The notes beneath the pieces are model-generated. The model saw only the letters and a list, made by a program, of their open reading frames with translations, had not been told where the DNA came from and did not search any database. This document shows, piece by piece, positions 25,481 through 35,341 of a stretch of DNA of 41,960 nt (position 1 is its first letter; every line of letters begins with the position of its first letter). The stretch lies in IMG/VR virus record IMGVR_UViG_3300037235_000027, positions 1 through 41,960 of that record; one strand, written 5' to 3'. This DNA comes from a virus. Lineage: Duplodnaviria; Caudoviricetes. The position numbers and the translations under genes are program-made.

Positions 25481-25681
25481 ATGAAAACATCTCCATGGAA
25501 CAGAAAACTCCATAAATATTTAATGGCTAATAGATATAAATACACTCAACATTATCGTTACGATAGATATGACAAAGGTAAGATAACCATATTCTATTAT
25601 ATCAATAACTATATAATGATTCTAGAGGGAGGAGAACCAGCATCAAAAGAGATAGTACGTGAAATAGAAAATGTACTCTAA
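25481..25681 (+). CDS. hypothetical protein
   Basis: Operon packing. Confidence 0.55.
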   Translation: MKTSPWNRKLHKYLMANRYKYTQHYRYDRYDKGKITIFYYINNYIMILEGGEPASKEIVREIENVL

Positions 25682-26705
25682 CCAGGAAACTAAAATGTAT
25701 CTCATGGATCATATAATAGAAACAGTTCACGAAGCTAAAAAGAGACGATTGTTGAATCATCCAGTCATAAGTGTCTTCCCAATATTGGAAGAGAAACTGA
25801 GAGGATGTCCACGTTTCTTATTTGATGAGAACTCAATACATACAGCAGTTGAACTTACTCTGGGGCGCCCCAAAGTGCTCAGAGAAGCTATGGCGCACCT
25901 TACCATACCTTATTCAAGAATGTGGATAGAATGGCCAGAATCTGGCAGAGAAAGATTGAGGCAAACATTCTCAATAGATGCTTTTGAGCATCCAAATAGA
26001 CCTTTACCAACACGTCTTGGCTTCTTGTTAGAAGCAGATGAAGCTGGTAGAAAAGGAATGGTTACTTGGGTATGGAGTAATCATTTTATCAAAAAGGGAG
26101 AACCACCTAATGTGTGCCCAATATCTGCTTTCTTTGATCTCGATTTTGATTACGGAAAGTTATCCAATTCGCATATGTCAAGTTTTTTGGATGCAAACTT
26201 AGCACATATTTGGAGAAACAAACCAATTCAGTTAGCTGCGCTCCAGAGTATATGGGATACCGCAGTACACAAGCCATCCGATTGGGGTATGAGATTTCTG
26301 GAACTTCCTACTCCAACATCTCCGTTTGGACACACCAATAGTGAAGTGGCCAATTTCTACGCAGATGTTTATGGTGAATATATTATGGTTTGGTCTTGTT
26401 TAATGCTTCTTACCAGTTCTAGGAAGATCATAGATCTAGAAGAAGTTGACATGTCTAAACTTAATCAGATTCGTAAAAGAATGAACAAACCTGTAAAGCT
26501 GGACCATACTGTAGTGAGCATGTATATTAATCAAGATGTTCATATACACAAGCCAGGTGTGCCGTTAGGATTTGATAGAAAGAGTCCTCGAATTCATATG
26601 GTTTCTCGCTATCTAAATAGACGTGGCGATAAACATTGGATAGTGGAGCCTTTCTGGCGCGGCAAAGGTGAAGTCATTAGCAGACATGTGAAGGTTAAAG
26701 TTTAG
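25671..26705 (+). CDS. hypothetical phage protein (344 aa)
   Basis: Long ORF; PY..MWIEW and C-terminal SPR.H.V...W.V.PFWRG. Confidence 0.8.
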   Translation: MYSNQETKMYLMDHIIETVHEAKKRRLLNHPVISVFPILEEKLRGCPRFLFDENSIHTAVELTLGRPKVLREAMAHLTIPYSRMWIEWPESGRERLRQTFSIDAFEHPNRPLPTRLGFLLEADEAGRKGMVTWVWSNHFIKKGEPPNVCPISAFFDLDFDYGKLSNSHMSSFLDANLAHIWRNKPIQLAALQSIWDTAVHKPSDWGMRFLELPTPTSPFGHTNSEVANFYADVYGEYIMVWSCLMLLTSSRKIIDLEEVDMSKLNQIRKRMNKPVKLDHTVVSMYINQDVHIHKPGVPLGFDRKSPRIHMVSRYLNRRGDKHWIVEPFWRGKGEVISRHVKVKV

Positions 26706-26714
26706 GAGCGCAAC

Positions 26715-26990
26715 ATGACTTATGAAGTAGTATCATTTACCGGCGATTTCCCATTAGCGCATCAGCCTAATTGGGATGTCCAATATGTAACAAGAGCAGA
26801 AGCTATCAAAGAAGGTAGACTTCAGCATGAACTGTTCAACATAGAACAACATAATGAACATTATACTATGGTGTTAGATTTAGACAAAAATGAAGAAGAA
26901 GAAGTAGCATGGATAATTTATCAAGATAAAGAATATGTAGGACTTAAAGCTCAAAGACTTGCTGATGATTTAGCAGGAGAATGTACGTGA
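26715..26990 (+). CDS. hypothetical protein
   Basis: AGGAG RBS. Confidence 0.7.
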   Translation: MTYEVVSFTGDFPLAHQPNWDVQYVTRAEAIKEGRLQHELFNIEQHNEHYTMVLDLDKNEEEEVAWIIYQDKEYVGLKAQRLADDLAGECT

Positions 26991-27187
26991 CAGCAGACGA
27001 ATATGAGTATTTTATCAAACAAATAAATCCTAATTGTTGGAAAATCTATAAGGTGGATGGACATTATAAAGAACCAACTGATACTTATACAGTTATGCTA
27101 ATACGAGGCAGTTATCATTGTGATTGTCCATCACCAAGGGCATGTAAACATATGGAAATGGTCAAACCCAAGAAGGATCTATTTTAA
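26981..27187 (+). CDS. SWIM zinc-finger protein
   Basis: CDCP...CKH; ends KKDLF. Confidence 0.7.
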   Translation: MYVTADEYEYFIKQINPNCWKIYKVDGHYKEPTDTYTVMLIRGSYHCDCPSPRACKHMEMVKPKKDLF

Positions 27188-27420
27188 TGAAATGTCCTTA
27201 TTGTAATGGAACTGGAGAATTAATAAATCCTGAAGTTGGCGCACTCATTCTTTTGGCGCGCCAAGCTAAAGGCATGACACAAGAACAATTGGCCATAGGC
27301 GCAAGCTTATCACGAGCTCAAATAGCTAATATTGAAACTGGTAAATCAGATATACCAACAAAAACTTTAGCTCGAATTGCCCAAACACTCGGTGTTTCTA
27401 TGAAGGATTTAGTACCGTGA
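27187..27420 (+). CDS. XRE-family HTH regulator
   Basis: RQAKGMTQEQLA...LSRAQIANIETG...IAQTLGV. Confidence 0.85.
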   Translation: MKCPYCNGTGELINPEVGALILLARQAKGMTQEQLAIGASLSRAQIANIETGKSDIPTKTLARIAQTLGVSMKDLVP

Positions 27421-27926
27421 AAAGACAATGTGGTGACTGTACTCTGTGCTGCAAGTTAGTTCCAGTCAAAGAGATAGATAAGCCAGCTAATACCCGTTGT
27501 AAGCATCAACGTCAGATAAAAGGTTGTCTTGTTTATCATACAAATAAAATGCCATTTTCTTGTCATGTTTGGAATTGTCGTTGGCTTGTTAATGATGATA
27601 CGCACAATTTGGCACGCCCAGATAGATCGCATTTCGTCATAGATATAATGCCAGATTTTGTTATTGCCTTAGATGGTGATAAGAAGATTCAAATTCAAGT
27701 AGTCCAAATTTGGTGTGATGCTAATTATCGAGATGCTTGGAAAACTCCAAGTATGCATGACTATATGATGCGCCGTGGCGCAGAAGGAATTGCATCTATG
27801 ATTCGTTATGATTCATACGATGCAATCATTGTTATCCCTCCTAATATGAACTCCGAAAAGAAATGGATGATTAGGTCGGGTGACATGCGAGAGAAGACTG
27901 AGTTAGTCAAACTATTGGAGAAATGA
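27417..27926 (+). CDS. YkgJ-like cysteine cluster protein
   Basis: CGDCTLCCK...C.H...GC..Y...P..C..W.C.WL...RPDRS. Confidence 0.75.
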   Translation: MKRQCGDCTLCCKLVPVKEIDKPANTRCKHQRQIKGCLVYHTNKMPFSCHVWNCRWLVNDDTHNLARPDRSHFVIDIMPDFVIALDGDKKIQIQVVQIWCDANYRDAWKTPSMHDYMMRRGAEGIASMIRYDSYDAIIVIPPNMNSEKKWMIRSGDMREKTELVKLLEK

Positions 27927-28372
27927 TGGTAAAGTATAAACGAGGTTATGAACATTTATACAGGAAACATCCACGTCATTATAGTAATCAATTACCAGCA
28001 TTAACTGGTGAAATTTCAAACGAAACTATGATTAGAAGAAAAAATAGAGAATGGTTATATTTAAGAGAGCCTCCAGAAGATAATGAAGATGATTGGTATT
28101 TTTGGTGTGATTTTCATAAAGTAAAATTATGGACAGATCTAATATTTTGTCACAATTGCAATAAAATAATTAATCCAAACCATCATTATAATGGGAGTAT
28201 GGTACCAAATTTATTGCCAGCAAGAATACGATATTCAGTACCTGAAAAAATTCTCTGTCAAAGTTGTACAGCAAAAGAAAATTATCAATATTACCAAATG
28301 GAAGAGATTACGAAACTCACTAGGGAGATTCGTAATATGACGAGGAGAAGCAAACGTGGGAAAAAAGAATAA
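27923..28372 (+). CDS. CxxC hypothetical protein
   Basis: CHNC, CQSC; AT-rich. Confidence 0.6.
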   Translation: MMVKYKRGYEHLYRKHPRHYSNQLPALTGEISNETMIRRKNREWLYLREPPEDNEDDWYFWCDFHKVKLWTDLIFCHNCNKIINPNHHYNGSMVPNLLPARIRYSVPEKILCQSCTAKENYQYYQMEEITKLTREIRNMTRRSKRGKKE

Positions 28373-28607
28373 TAAACCAAGACAGATCGTAAATGACACT
28401 CGTGGTTTACGATGGTTACTTCTAGTCTGTATAGATGATCTTGCGAACAGCAGGATCACACCCAACAAGGCAAACGCAATGTCCAATGTTGCAAATTCTA
28501 TCATGGACACAATGCGTTTAGAGATGGTATCCACTAGGATTGGCAGTTCTGATGGATACGCACCTCTGATTCTAGCTAACGTTCCAGAAGAGATCGAGGC
28601 TAGTTAA
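28356..28607 (+). CDS. hypothetical protein
   Basis: GAGGAG RBS, GTG start; convergent overlap with primase. Confidence 0.6.
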   Translation: MGKKNNKPRQIVNDTRGLRWLLLVCIDDLANSRITPNKANAMSNVANSIMDTMRLEMVSTRIGSSDGYAPLILANVPEEIEAS

Positions 28608-29841
28608 AGAGGTCTCTGACCCCCTGAGAGACAGGCAAAATCTTTTCTCCAAGCTCTTTTGCCTGTCTCTCAAATTCTCCTTCCCATTTGACTTCGTTTA
28701 TCCATGGAAGTACCATCCCATTTTGTTGCGCTGCAAAGATTAATCCGCCAAGACTTTTAGTCCCATTTCTAGGCAGTTCTGGCCGATGCGATTTCCATTG
28801 TCTTGTAAAATATCCTTGGCCTCTACCCATAGTTCCGTAGCGTGCGCCTCCTGATACTGCTTCTAAGAATAGTTCAAATGCTTGATCTATTGTTAGTTGA
28901 TTAGCTTCGTTGTCATCATGTATCGCACCTATTAATGGTAACATAACATTGAGTGTGTACCATTCGTTACTATCTGCTAATCCTTTTTCACGAATGTATT
29001 CTATGCAAGCTTCAGCTTTCTTATATGCAGTCCACTTTGAATCTTTTCGGGGGATATATGGGGTACGAACTGTTTCTCGCTGTACTGACATCTCTGGTAC
29101 TAGGCTGCGTAGCTTACGTATATCAGTCTTATGATAGTATTCCTTTAAGAGGTGAGCTAACGCTGGTTTTTGTCCTTTTGCTATCTTTTCTAATTTTGGA
29201 TAATTGACAGTACCAGGTAAGCGCATAACACGATCAACGTTGGACATGTTGTCTACTTTGACAGGTAAATCTTGGAATATGTTGCGCAACATAGCTTCAA
29301 AATCGTGGGATAAATTAGTTACGCCAGAACGAAACTTTATTAGTTCATTATTTATTTCTTTTTGCACTTCATCATTAGCTGGACGGAATAGCTGAATATC
29401 TATTGCCTCAATAAGAAAATACACAAGCTGAAAACCACCTCCAGAATTAATAACAACTGATGGACAAATATCTCCTATTAGTTTCTCATCTATAAAGGCT
29501 GCAATTTGATCTGCATCTCGTTGGAAAGATGTAAAATCTATATCAAAAGCTAAAGCTCTGATAGCAATTATATCGTCAATATTATTCTTGCCCCACCAAC
29601 CTTGTCTTTGGGATACTTTGCATGGTCTATTGACGCTATAATATACATTTGATTTACGATCCTGTCGTTCTTGAATATCTTGGATGAGCTGTTTCTGTTG
29701 TTGCGCCTCAAAGGTGCAACCTGGTTCCCATCTAGGACCGTTTTGTGGACCTCCGAATGGAGCTTCGCTTGCAATAGTATGGCGACCTCCTGGATCCAGG
29801 AGGTCTAGAAAATACAGGCATTGCTTGATATTTAGTTCCAT
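28600..29841 (-). CDS. RepB-type archaeo-eukaryotic primase with PriCT-like C-terminus
   Basis: NVYYSVN, AFDID, PSVVINSGGG.Q..Y, RVMRLPGTVN. Confidence 0.8.
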   Translation of the reverse strand: MELNIKQCLYFLDLLDPGGRHTIASEAPFGGPQNGPRWEPGCTFEAQQQKQLIQDIQERQDRKSNVYYSVNRPCKVSQRQGWWGKNNIDDIIAIRALAFDIDFTSFQRDADQIAAFIDEKLIGDICPSVVINSGGGFQLVYFLIEAIDIQLFRPANDEVQKEINNELIKFRSGVTNLSHDFEAMLRNIFQDLPVKVDNMSNVDRVMRLPGTVNYPKLEKIAKGQKPALAHLLKEYYHKTDIRKLRSLVPEMSVQRETVRTPYIPRKDSKWTAYKKAEACIEYIREKGLADSNEWYTLNVMLPLIGAIHDDNEANQLTIDQAFELFLEAVSGGARYGTMGRGQGYFTRQWKSHRPELPRNGTKSLGGLIFAAQQNGMVLPWINEVKWEGEFERQAKELGEKILPVSQGVRDLFN

Positions 29842-29842
29842 T

Positions 29843-30064
29843 TTATTCCTCCTCGTTGCTTGGACGAAAATTGACTACATTTTGTTTCTCCAATTTTACT
29901 TCTTGTTTTTGGAATTTTTCAAAAGCATCGTTAAGTTCTTGTTGAGCTTGTCGTAGAATTGAAAATGTATCTTTATAAAGTTTAACTGCATCATCAAACC
30001 TCTTTTTAGATGTTTCCCATTCCTTCTTCGCAGATTCAAACTCTGCGGGAAAAAGTTCTGGCAT
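29843..30064 (-). CDS. coiled-coil hypothetical protein
   Basis: AAGGAG RBS before ATG 30064. Confidence 0.7.
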   Translation of the reverse strand: MPELFPAEFESAKKEWETSKKRFDDAVKLYKDTFSILRQAQQELNDAFEKFQKQEVKLEKQNVVNFRPSNEEE

Positions 30065-30094
30065 TACCAACTCTCCTTTTTTACTTTCTTGCCC

Positions 30095-30151
30095 TAAGTA
30101 TAGCGCAAGTAGAGGCATAAGTATAGTGCAATCTTCGCAAGTATAACGTTA
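30095..30151. promoter_or_regulatory. direct repeats in a divergent intergenic region (operators?)
   Basis: TAAGTATAGCGCAA, TAAGTATAGTGCAA, CAAGTATAACGTTA. Confidence 0.55.
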
Positions 30152-30175
30152 ACTCTCACAACAGGAGCACAACTA

Positions 30176-30523
30176 GTGGCAAACTTCACGTACAAATCAT
30201 ACAACTTTGTGGACAAAGATCCTATAATTGATGAAATAAGGACTGTGTATCAACAGTCCGGTGTGAATTATAGGTGGATTGAAGAGAATTCTGGTGTAAC
30301 TGCGGCAACATTGTCTGCTTGGTTTAATGGTAAAACTAGAAAACCTCAAGCAGCAACCATAAATGCTGTGTTAAGATCATTAGGCTTCAAGCTAGGAATA
30401 GTTGAATTTGGAAAACAAGTTCAAGTATTCCCTATAATGGAACAGCCAAAAACCTCTACTAGACATCAAAATGTCGTAACAATCCAGAAATATAACAAGT
30501 TCAAGAAAGCTAAGAGAAGATGA
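30176..30523 (+). CDS. Cro/CI-type HTH regulator
   Basis: SGVTAATLSAWFNGKTRKPQAATINAVLRSLG; CAGGAG RBS. Confidence 0.8.
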   Translation: MANFTYKSYNFVDKDPIIDEIRTVYQQSGVNYRWIEENSGVTAATLSAWFNGKTRKPQAATINAVLRSLGFKLGIVEFGKQVQVFPIMEQPKTSTRHQNVVTIQKYNKFKKAKRR

Positions 30524-30528
30524 GGAAT

Positions 30529-30770
30529 CCCACCGAGGATACCACCCCGGCAGCGGACGCGTGATTACCGGCTAGTGATGGATAACAGGATTGTGACCAG
30601 GACATGGTCAGACGTAGCAATAACGCCGTCGCATGTGGCATAGTGGGCTGCCTGTTGTTTTGGCACTACAAGATGAGATTCAGGTCTTCGGTGGGTGTGC
30701 AAACATTGCCTGTGAAATCTCATAACATCACGTATTGGGGTTGTCGTTGGAATGGGCCAGCGGCAACCCC
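30529..30770 (+). ncRNA. structured intergenic RNA candidate
   Basis: 12-bp long-range helix 30529-30540/30684-30695, internal hairpins, 14-bp terminal hairpin. Confidence 0.5.
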
Positions 30771-30800
30771 TCTTATTACTCAAACATCAGGAGAAGTAAA

Positions 30801-31217
30801 ATGAAATATAAGATAGAGTTCTCAGGTCAAGCAGAAGTTATGTTCGCTATGATGGCAAAACTTTTGCCAGATGATCTTAATGTACACGTGGAAGAAATTC
30901 CTGATATACAATCAGGCAAATCTTCTAAGGTTGCGCAGCAAGTGATAGCTGCATTAGGTCCACCACAATTGGAAAAGCCAAAACGAGCAAAACATTTTAT
31001 ACATCCTAGTGGAAAATCATCGTCTGATTTTATTCTTGAATATTTACAAAAACATCAAACAGGACGATGGAGAGATATGAGTAAGCATCTTGTCAATATT
31101 GGTTATAATAAAAGTACAATCAATAATTCTATAACCAGATTAAAGAGTAAGAAAATTATTGAACAAACAGGCATTGGTATATATAAATTGATAAATAAAC
31201 AAGCCAAAGCCTCTTAA
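30801..31217 (+). CDS. winged-HTH protein
   Basis: CAGGAGAAGTAAAATG; ILEYL...STINNSITRLKSKKIIEQTG.G.Y. Confidence 0.7.
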   Translation: MKYKIEFSGQAEVMFAMMAKLLPDDLNVHVEEIPDIQSGKSSKVAQQVIAALGPPQLEKPKRAKHFIHPSGKSSSDFILEYLQKHQTGRWRDMSKHLVNIGYNKSTINNSITRLKSKKIIEQTGIGIYKLINKQAKAS

Positions 31218-31247
31218 TCACATGTAAGTCATGTGTTATTATTCTGC

Positions 31248-31276
31248 TTGCGTCTCGTAGGAAAGTATGCTATTCT
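31248..31276 (+). promoter_or_regulatory. sigma70-type promoter of the replication operon
   Basis: TTGCGT-17 nt-TATTCT with TGn. Confidence 0.7.
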
Positions 31277-31297
31277 AACCGTAGGAAGGAATGAGTA

Positions 31298-32440
31298 ATG
31301 GAATTGGCGAAGTTGTACAAGAAGGATGCGTCTGGTAATACTAGAGTTTGGTGGGCAGAAGTAGGTGAGCATCCGAATGAAGGTTATTGGCGCACCCATT
31401 CTGGTCGTATAGATGGACAAATATCTATATCAGAATGGAAATGGGCTGATCCTAAATCCCAAGATACTGCATACAATCAGGCACTGTTTTATGCCAAATC
31501 AGCTACGGAAAAAAGATTGAAAACTGGAGACTATAAATCTGACGAAGACAATATTGGAGAGCAACGCTCCAGTACAATTAGTCCCATGCTTGCTCAACCT
31601 TACGTAGGTTGGCAACGTACTTGCTACGATCAACCTAAGCTAGATGGTATACGTTGCCTAGCTAATAAAGATGGACTATGGACGCGCACCAATAGACAGA
31701 TAGTCTCAACACCGCATATTGAAGGAACATTGAAGCCATTTTTTATGATATGGCCAAAAATTATTCTTGATGGAGAATTATATAATCATAGTCTACATGA
31801 CAATTTCAACAAGATTATCTCACTCGCTAGAAAGACAACTCCAGACTTTGCAGAGTTGGAAGAGAGTGCAGAGCTTATTGAATATTGGATCTTCGATATG
31901 TACGATCCAGATTATCCTGATTTTACATTTGAAGAGAGATGGTTTTTTCTTCAACTACAAGTATTTGATCTTCATCTTCCTAAGATAATGGAAGTACCAA
32001 CTAAATTAATCAAGACAAAAGACGAACTTGATATACATAATATGGAGTTATTAACTGACGGTTATGAAGGCCAAATTGTGCGCCACAATACACCGTATGA
32101 GCAGAAGCGCACCAATAATCTATTGAAGAGAAAAGAGTATGTAGATCAAGAATTTGAACTTAAAGATATATTGGAAGGGCAAGGACAATGGACTGGCTAT
32201 GCCAAAATAGCTGTGTGTTCTTTAGCAGATGGCAGAGAATTTAGAGCTGGTATAAGTGGCACTCAAGAATTCAATTACCATCTTCTACTGAATAAAGAAA
32301 AATACAAATCAGTTACAGTTAAATATCAGGCATTAACGCCTGATGGCATTCCACGTTTTCCTATTGCGATTAAATTCTATGAAGAATTGTTTGGTGGTTT
32401 AGAAGAGAGAATCAAACCGCGAAAGGATCTGTTCGCATGA
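31298..32440 (+). CDS. lig: ATP-dependent DNA ligase
   Basis: PMLA, QPKLDGIRC (KxDG), LDGELY, IFD, EGQIVR, LLKRK, PRFP. Confidence 0.95.
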   Translation: MELAKLYKKDASGNTRVWWAEVGEHPNEGYWRTHSGRIDGQISISEWKWADPKSQDTAYNQALFYAKSATEKRLKTGDYKSDEDNIGEQRSSTISPMLAQPYVGWQRTCYDQPKLDGIRCLANKDGLWTRTNRQIVSTPHIEGTLKPFFMIWPKIILDGELYNHSLHDNFNKIISLARKTTPDFAELEESAELIEYWIFDMYDPDYPDFTFEERWFFLQLQVFDLHLPKIMEVPTKLIKTKDELDIHNMELLTDGYEGQIVRHNTPYEQKRTNNLLKRKEYVDQEFELKDILEGQGQWTGYAKIAVCSLADGREFRAGISGTQEFNYHLLLNKEKYKSVTVKYQALTPDGIPRFPIAIKFYEELFGGLEERIKPRKDLFA

Positions 32441-33264
32441 GTGACGCACACGCTAGAGACATTATGAATACAGCATCATCTGGTAATATTGTACTAGATG
32501 ATGAACTCCTAAAATTAGGAGGATTGGGAACAGAAAATGTCAAAGCTAAAGATGTTGTCATTCCTCGCTTGGTCATTTTGCAAGCACTATCTCCACAACT
32601 CAATAAAAAGAAAGCTGAGTTTATCGAGGGCGCAGAGATTGGTGATTTTTGTAATGTTGCTACTGGTGACATTTATAAAGAATCAATTCTTGTTGTTCCT
32701 TGCCATTTCGCTACCGCATATATGGAATGGACAAAGAACCGTGGTGGTCTAGCTGGCAATCACGGAGATGATCCTTCAATCTTATCCAAGACAACTCAGA
32801 ATGACAAACGAGAAAACATATTGCCTAATGGCAATGTGATTCAAGAACAAGCACAATGGTTTTGTTTAGTACAAAATGGTGCGCAATGGCAGCGCTCATT
32901 TCTGCCATTAAAGGCAACCAATCTAAAACATAGTCGAAAATGGCTTACTCTTTGCCAAACGGAAACAGTTCAACTTCCGAATGGAGAGTTCTGGAAGCCA
33001 CCTCTTTTTTGGCGTTCTTGGAAGCTCATTATTGTTGACGACAGTAATGACCAAGGAGACTGGGCAACATTCCGTCCAGAAAAAGGTGAATTAATAATGG
33101 ATATTGATCCAAATCGCCAACTTCTTAGAATGTGCAAATCATTCTATGAAGATATTAGAACCGAAAAGGTTAGGCCTGATATTGAACAAACTCAGGACGA
33201 AGGTGGTCCTATTATTGAAGGTACTAGGGCTAAAGGCCCTGATGACAAAGACATACCATTCTGA
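32437..33264 (+). CDS. ssDNA-binding/annealing-like protein
   Basis: IPRL.ILQALSPQ N-terminus; acidic DDKDIPF tail. Confidence 0.6.
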   Translation: MSDAHARDIMNTASSGNIVLDDELLKLGGLGTENVKAKDVVIPRLVILQALSPQLNKKKAEFIEGAEIGDFCNVATGDIYKESILVVPCHFATAYMEWTKNRGGLAGNHGDDPSILSKTTQNDKRENILPNGNVIQEQAQWFCLVQNGAQWQRSFLPLKATNLKHSRKWLTLCQTETVQLPNGEFWKPPLFWRSWKLIIVDDSNDQGDWATFRPEKGELIMDIDPNRQLLRMCKSFYEDIRTEKVRPDIEQTQDEGGPIIEGTRAKGPDDKDIPF

Positions 33265-33275
33265 AAGGAGAAAGC

Positions 33276-33707
33276 ATGTCTGAAGAAAATGTTGAGCGCG
33301 CAACACTAGAAATTGAAAGCCTAATCAAAAATGAAGCGACTAGGCCAAGATTTCTACGCCAAATAGAGGCAATACCAATTAAAGAACCGGAACCAGTGCC
33401 ACAGCCTAAACCTGTAAAAATAGACCATACATACCTGCCTTTGGATGCTCTTGAGGAAGTATCACGTTCTCTTATGTATGGCGCCGCAAAACGAGAAGCA
33501 TGGAACTGGGCTGTAAATCCAATTAGTTGGACAGAACGTTTGGCTAAGGCGCAGCGCCACTTGTTTGAGTTCCAGAAAGGACATAATATTGATCCTGCTT
33601 CTGGAGAAGCGCAGCTTCAGCATCTTGCGTGCGCAATAACTCAACTTATGTTCTTGCAGTCATATGTTATAAATGACGCAGGAACGGACGATAGATTCAA
33701 GCGGTAA
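33276..33707 (+). CDS. dATP/dGTP diphosphohydrolase (DUF5664)
   Basis: LP.DAL.EV...L.YGA.K...NW...RHL..F..G..ID..SG...HLA.A. Confidence 0.8.
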   Translation: MSEENVERATLEIESLIKNEATRPRFLRQIEAIPIKEPEPVPQPKPVKIDHTYLPLDALEEVSRSLMYGAAKREAWNWAVNPISWTERLAKAQRHLFEFQKGHNIDPASGEAQLQHLACAITQLMFLQSYVINDAGTDDRFKR

Positions 33708-33820
33708 TATTTATGGCGCGATCAGGCTACAGAAGCTTGGTGAGTGGACCTTATGCTTCGAGGACTAATTCCAGGAAAGTGGGAGGCAGCTTTCACTGGC
33801 GCGCCTATTTGGAGGTTTAA

Positions 33821-34042
33821 ATGGATCATCATGAAGAGTTTGAATGTGAAGATTGTCATTGCCGTGTGTTTAGATGGCCACTCATTCCCAAACCAGAAAG
33901 TGGAATCAAACATAGCGCATTTAATGGAGATCGCTGTGCCGTTTGTCAATGGATACATGATCAACCAAATCTGACTGAAAAAGAAATAGCTGAGATACGT
34001 TTGATCACTGCTACACCAATCTTGGAGAAGAATGATGACTAA
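33821..34042 (+). CDS. CxxC hypothetical protein
   Basis: GGAGG RBS; CEDC, CAVC. Confidence 0.6.
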   Translation: MDHHEEFECEDCHCRVFRWPLIPKPESGIKHSAFNGDRCAVCQWIHDQPNLTEKEIAEIRLITATPILEKNDD

Positions 34043-34772
34043 AGAGGCTATATCAAAGTCTTATATGGATGCGCAAAAAATTCTCCATTCTGGAAAGCAA
34101 ACTCCGCCATTGATTGAAAGACTAATTGCAGTTACTGGCGCAGCCAAAGAGGGATCTATTGGTGAAGCTATCAAAGAAAGATTCACTGCTAAATCATTTG
34201 ACATAGAAGATGTTAGAGATGGAGAATACGATTTTACTGGTTTTACAGATTTAGTTATGTGTCATGGATACACATATATGGATTGGTTAGAAGAAGTTCC
34301 TGATGAGGAAGCTGAAAATATCATCAACATTAATTTATATGGATCTATAAGAGTGATCAAACAGTTTGTTAACCAGACTATAGATGAGCCATTTCGCAAA
34401 AAGATCATCTCTATAGGTTCAATGGCATATAATCATGTGCTTAATGGAAGTGCAGCATATTGCGCGTCCAAAGCAGGGTTGAATCATTACATTAGATGCG
34501 CTGCATGGGAGTTAGCGCCAAAAGCATATGATGTCTATTGCATTAATCCTTCCAATGTATTAGATAGTCCTATGACAAGAGATACTATCAATCATCTTAT
34601 GAACTATAGGCAATTAACTCTGGAACAGGCATTAGAATATTGGGGTGCAAATAATCCAAGAACAGTGTTTTTGACAAAGAATGAGATTGTAGATACAGTT
34701 CAACATTTGCTGTTTGTTGATAAAGGCTATCTTTCTGGAAATCCTATTGATTTAGCAGGTGGACAACGCTAA
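34032..34772 (+). CDS. short-chain dehydrogenase/reductase
   Basis: VTG...SIG, INLYG, IGS, YCASK (YxxxK), INP, G..I...GG. Confidence 0.85.
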   Translation: MMTKEAISKSYMDAQKILHSGKQTPPLIERLIAVTGAAKEGSIGEAIKERFTAKSFDIEDVRDGEYDFTGFTDLVMCHGYTYMDWLEEVPDEEAENIININLYGSIRVIKQFVNQTIDEPFRKKIISIGSMAYNHVLNGSAAYCASKAGLNHYIRCAAWELAPKAYDVYCINPSNVLDSPMTRDTINHLMNYRQLTLEQALEYWGANNPRTVFLTKNEIVDTVQHLLFVDKGYLSGNPIDLAGGQR

Positions 34773-35332
34773 TGTCTGATACAGAAGATGTCCGTGATAT
34801 GTTCGGATTCATAGCTCCGTCAGAGGCGCAGCTATCATCTATTTCTAAATGGGCACAAAAAGCCCTAGAGCTTCATGCTGAGATAGAACAAGCTGAAGCG
34901 CACCTTAAGGAGTTGAATAGAGAATTAGCCCAAATAGAAGAAATTGATCTGCCTAGAGCTATGATGACAGCAGGCTCTGCCGAATTCAAAATGGTAGGTG
35001 GTGGTAAGATAACTATTAGTGATGAGATTCAAGGCAGTCTTGCCAAAGGTGAAGAGAAACGAGAATATGCTATTGATTGGGTAGCTAAAAATGATGGAGC
35101 AGATCTTATTAAAAGGCATTTTGAAATTGACTATACAAGAGGTCAACTTTCCTATGCTACAGCATTTCGTGAACTTCTGCAAAAGAATCAAGTGCATTTT
35201 GATGAGTTCGAATCAATACATACCAGCACATTTAAGTCGTTCTTACATGAGAAGCTAAGAAAAGGTGTAATGCCACCTTTTGATAAGATGGGCTTTCGCT
35301 ACTTCAAAAAAGCTAACATCAAGACAAAGTAA
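34772..35332 (+). CDS. conserved phage replication-region protein
   Basis: Coiled coil, LP..M...G, IH..T..SF..E pattern. Confidence 0.75.
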   Translation: MSDTEDVRDMFGFIAPSEAQLSSISKWAQKALELHAEIEQAEAHLKELNRELAQIEEIDLPRAMMTAGSAEFKMVGGGKITISDEIQGSLAKGEEKREYAIDWVAKNDGADLIKRHFEIDYTRGQLSYATAFRELLQKNQVHFDEFESIHTSTFKSFLHEKLRKGVMPPFDKMGFRYFKKANIKTK

Positions 35333-35341
35333 GAGCTAGTC

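Noticed and set aside
33276-33707. 2-aminoadenine (Z) genome
   Set aside because: DUF5664 alone is insufficient; no PurZ in this window
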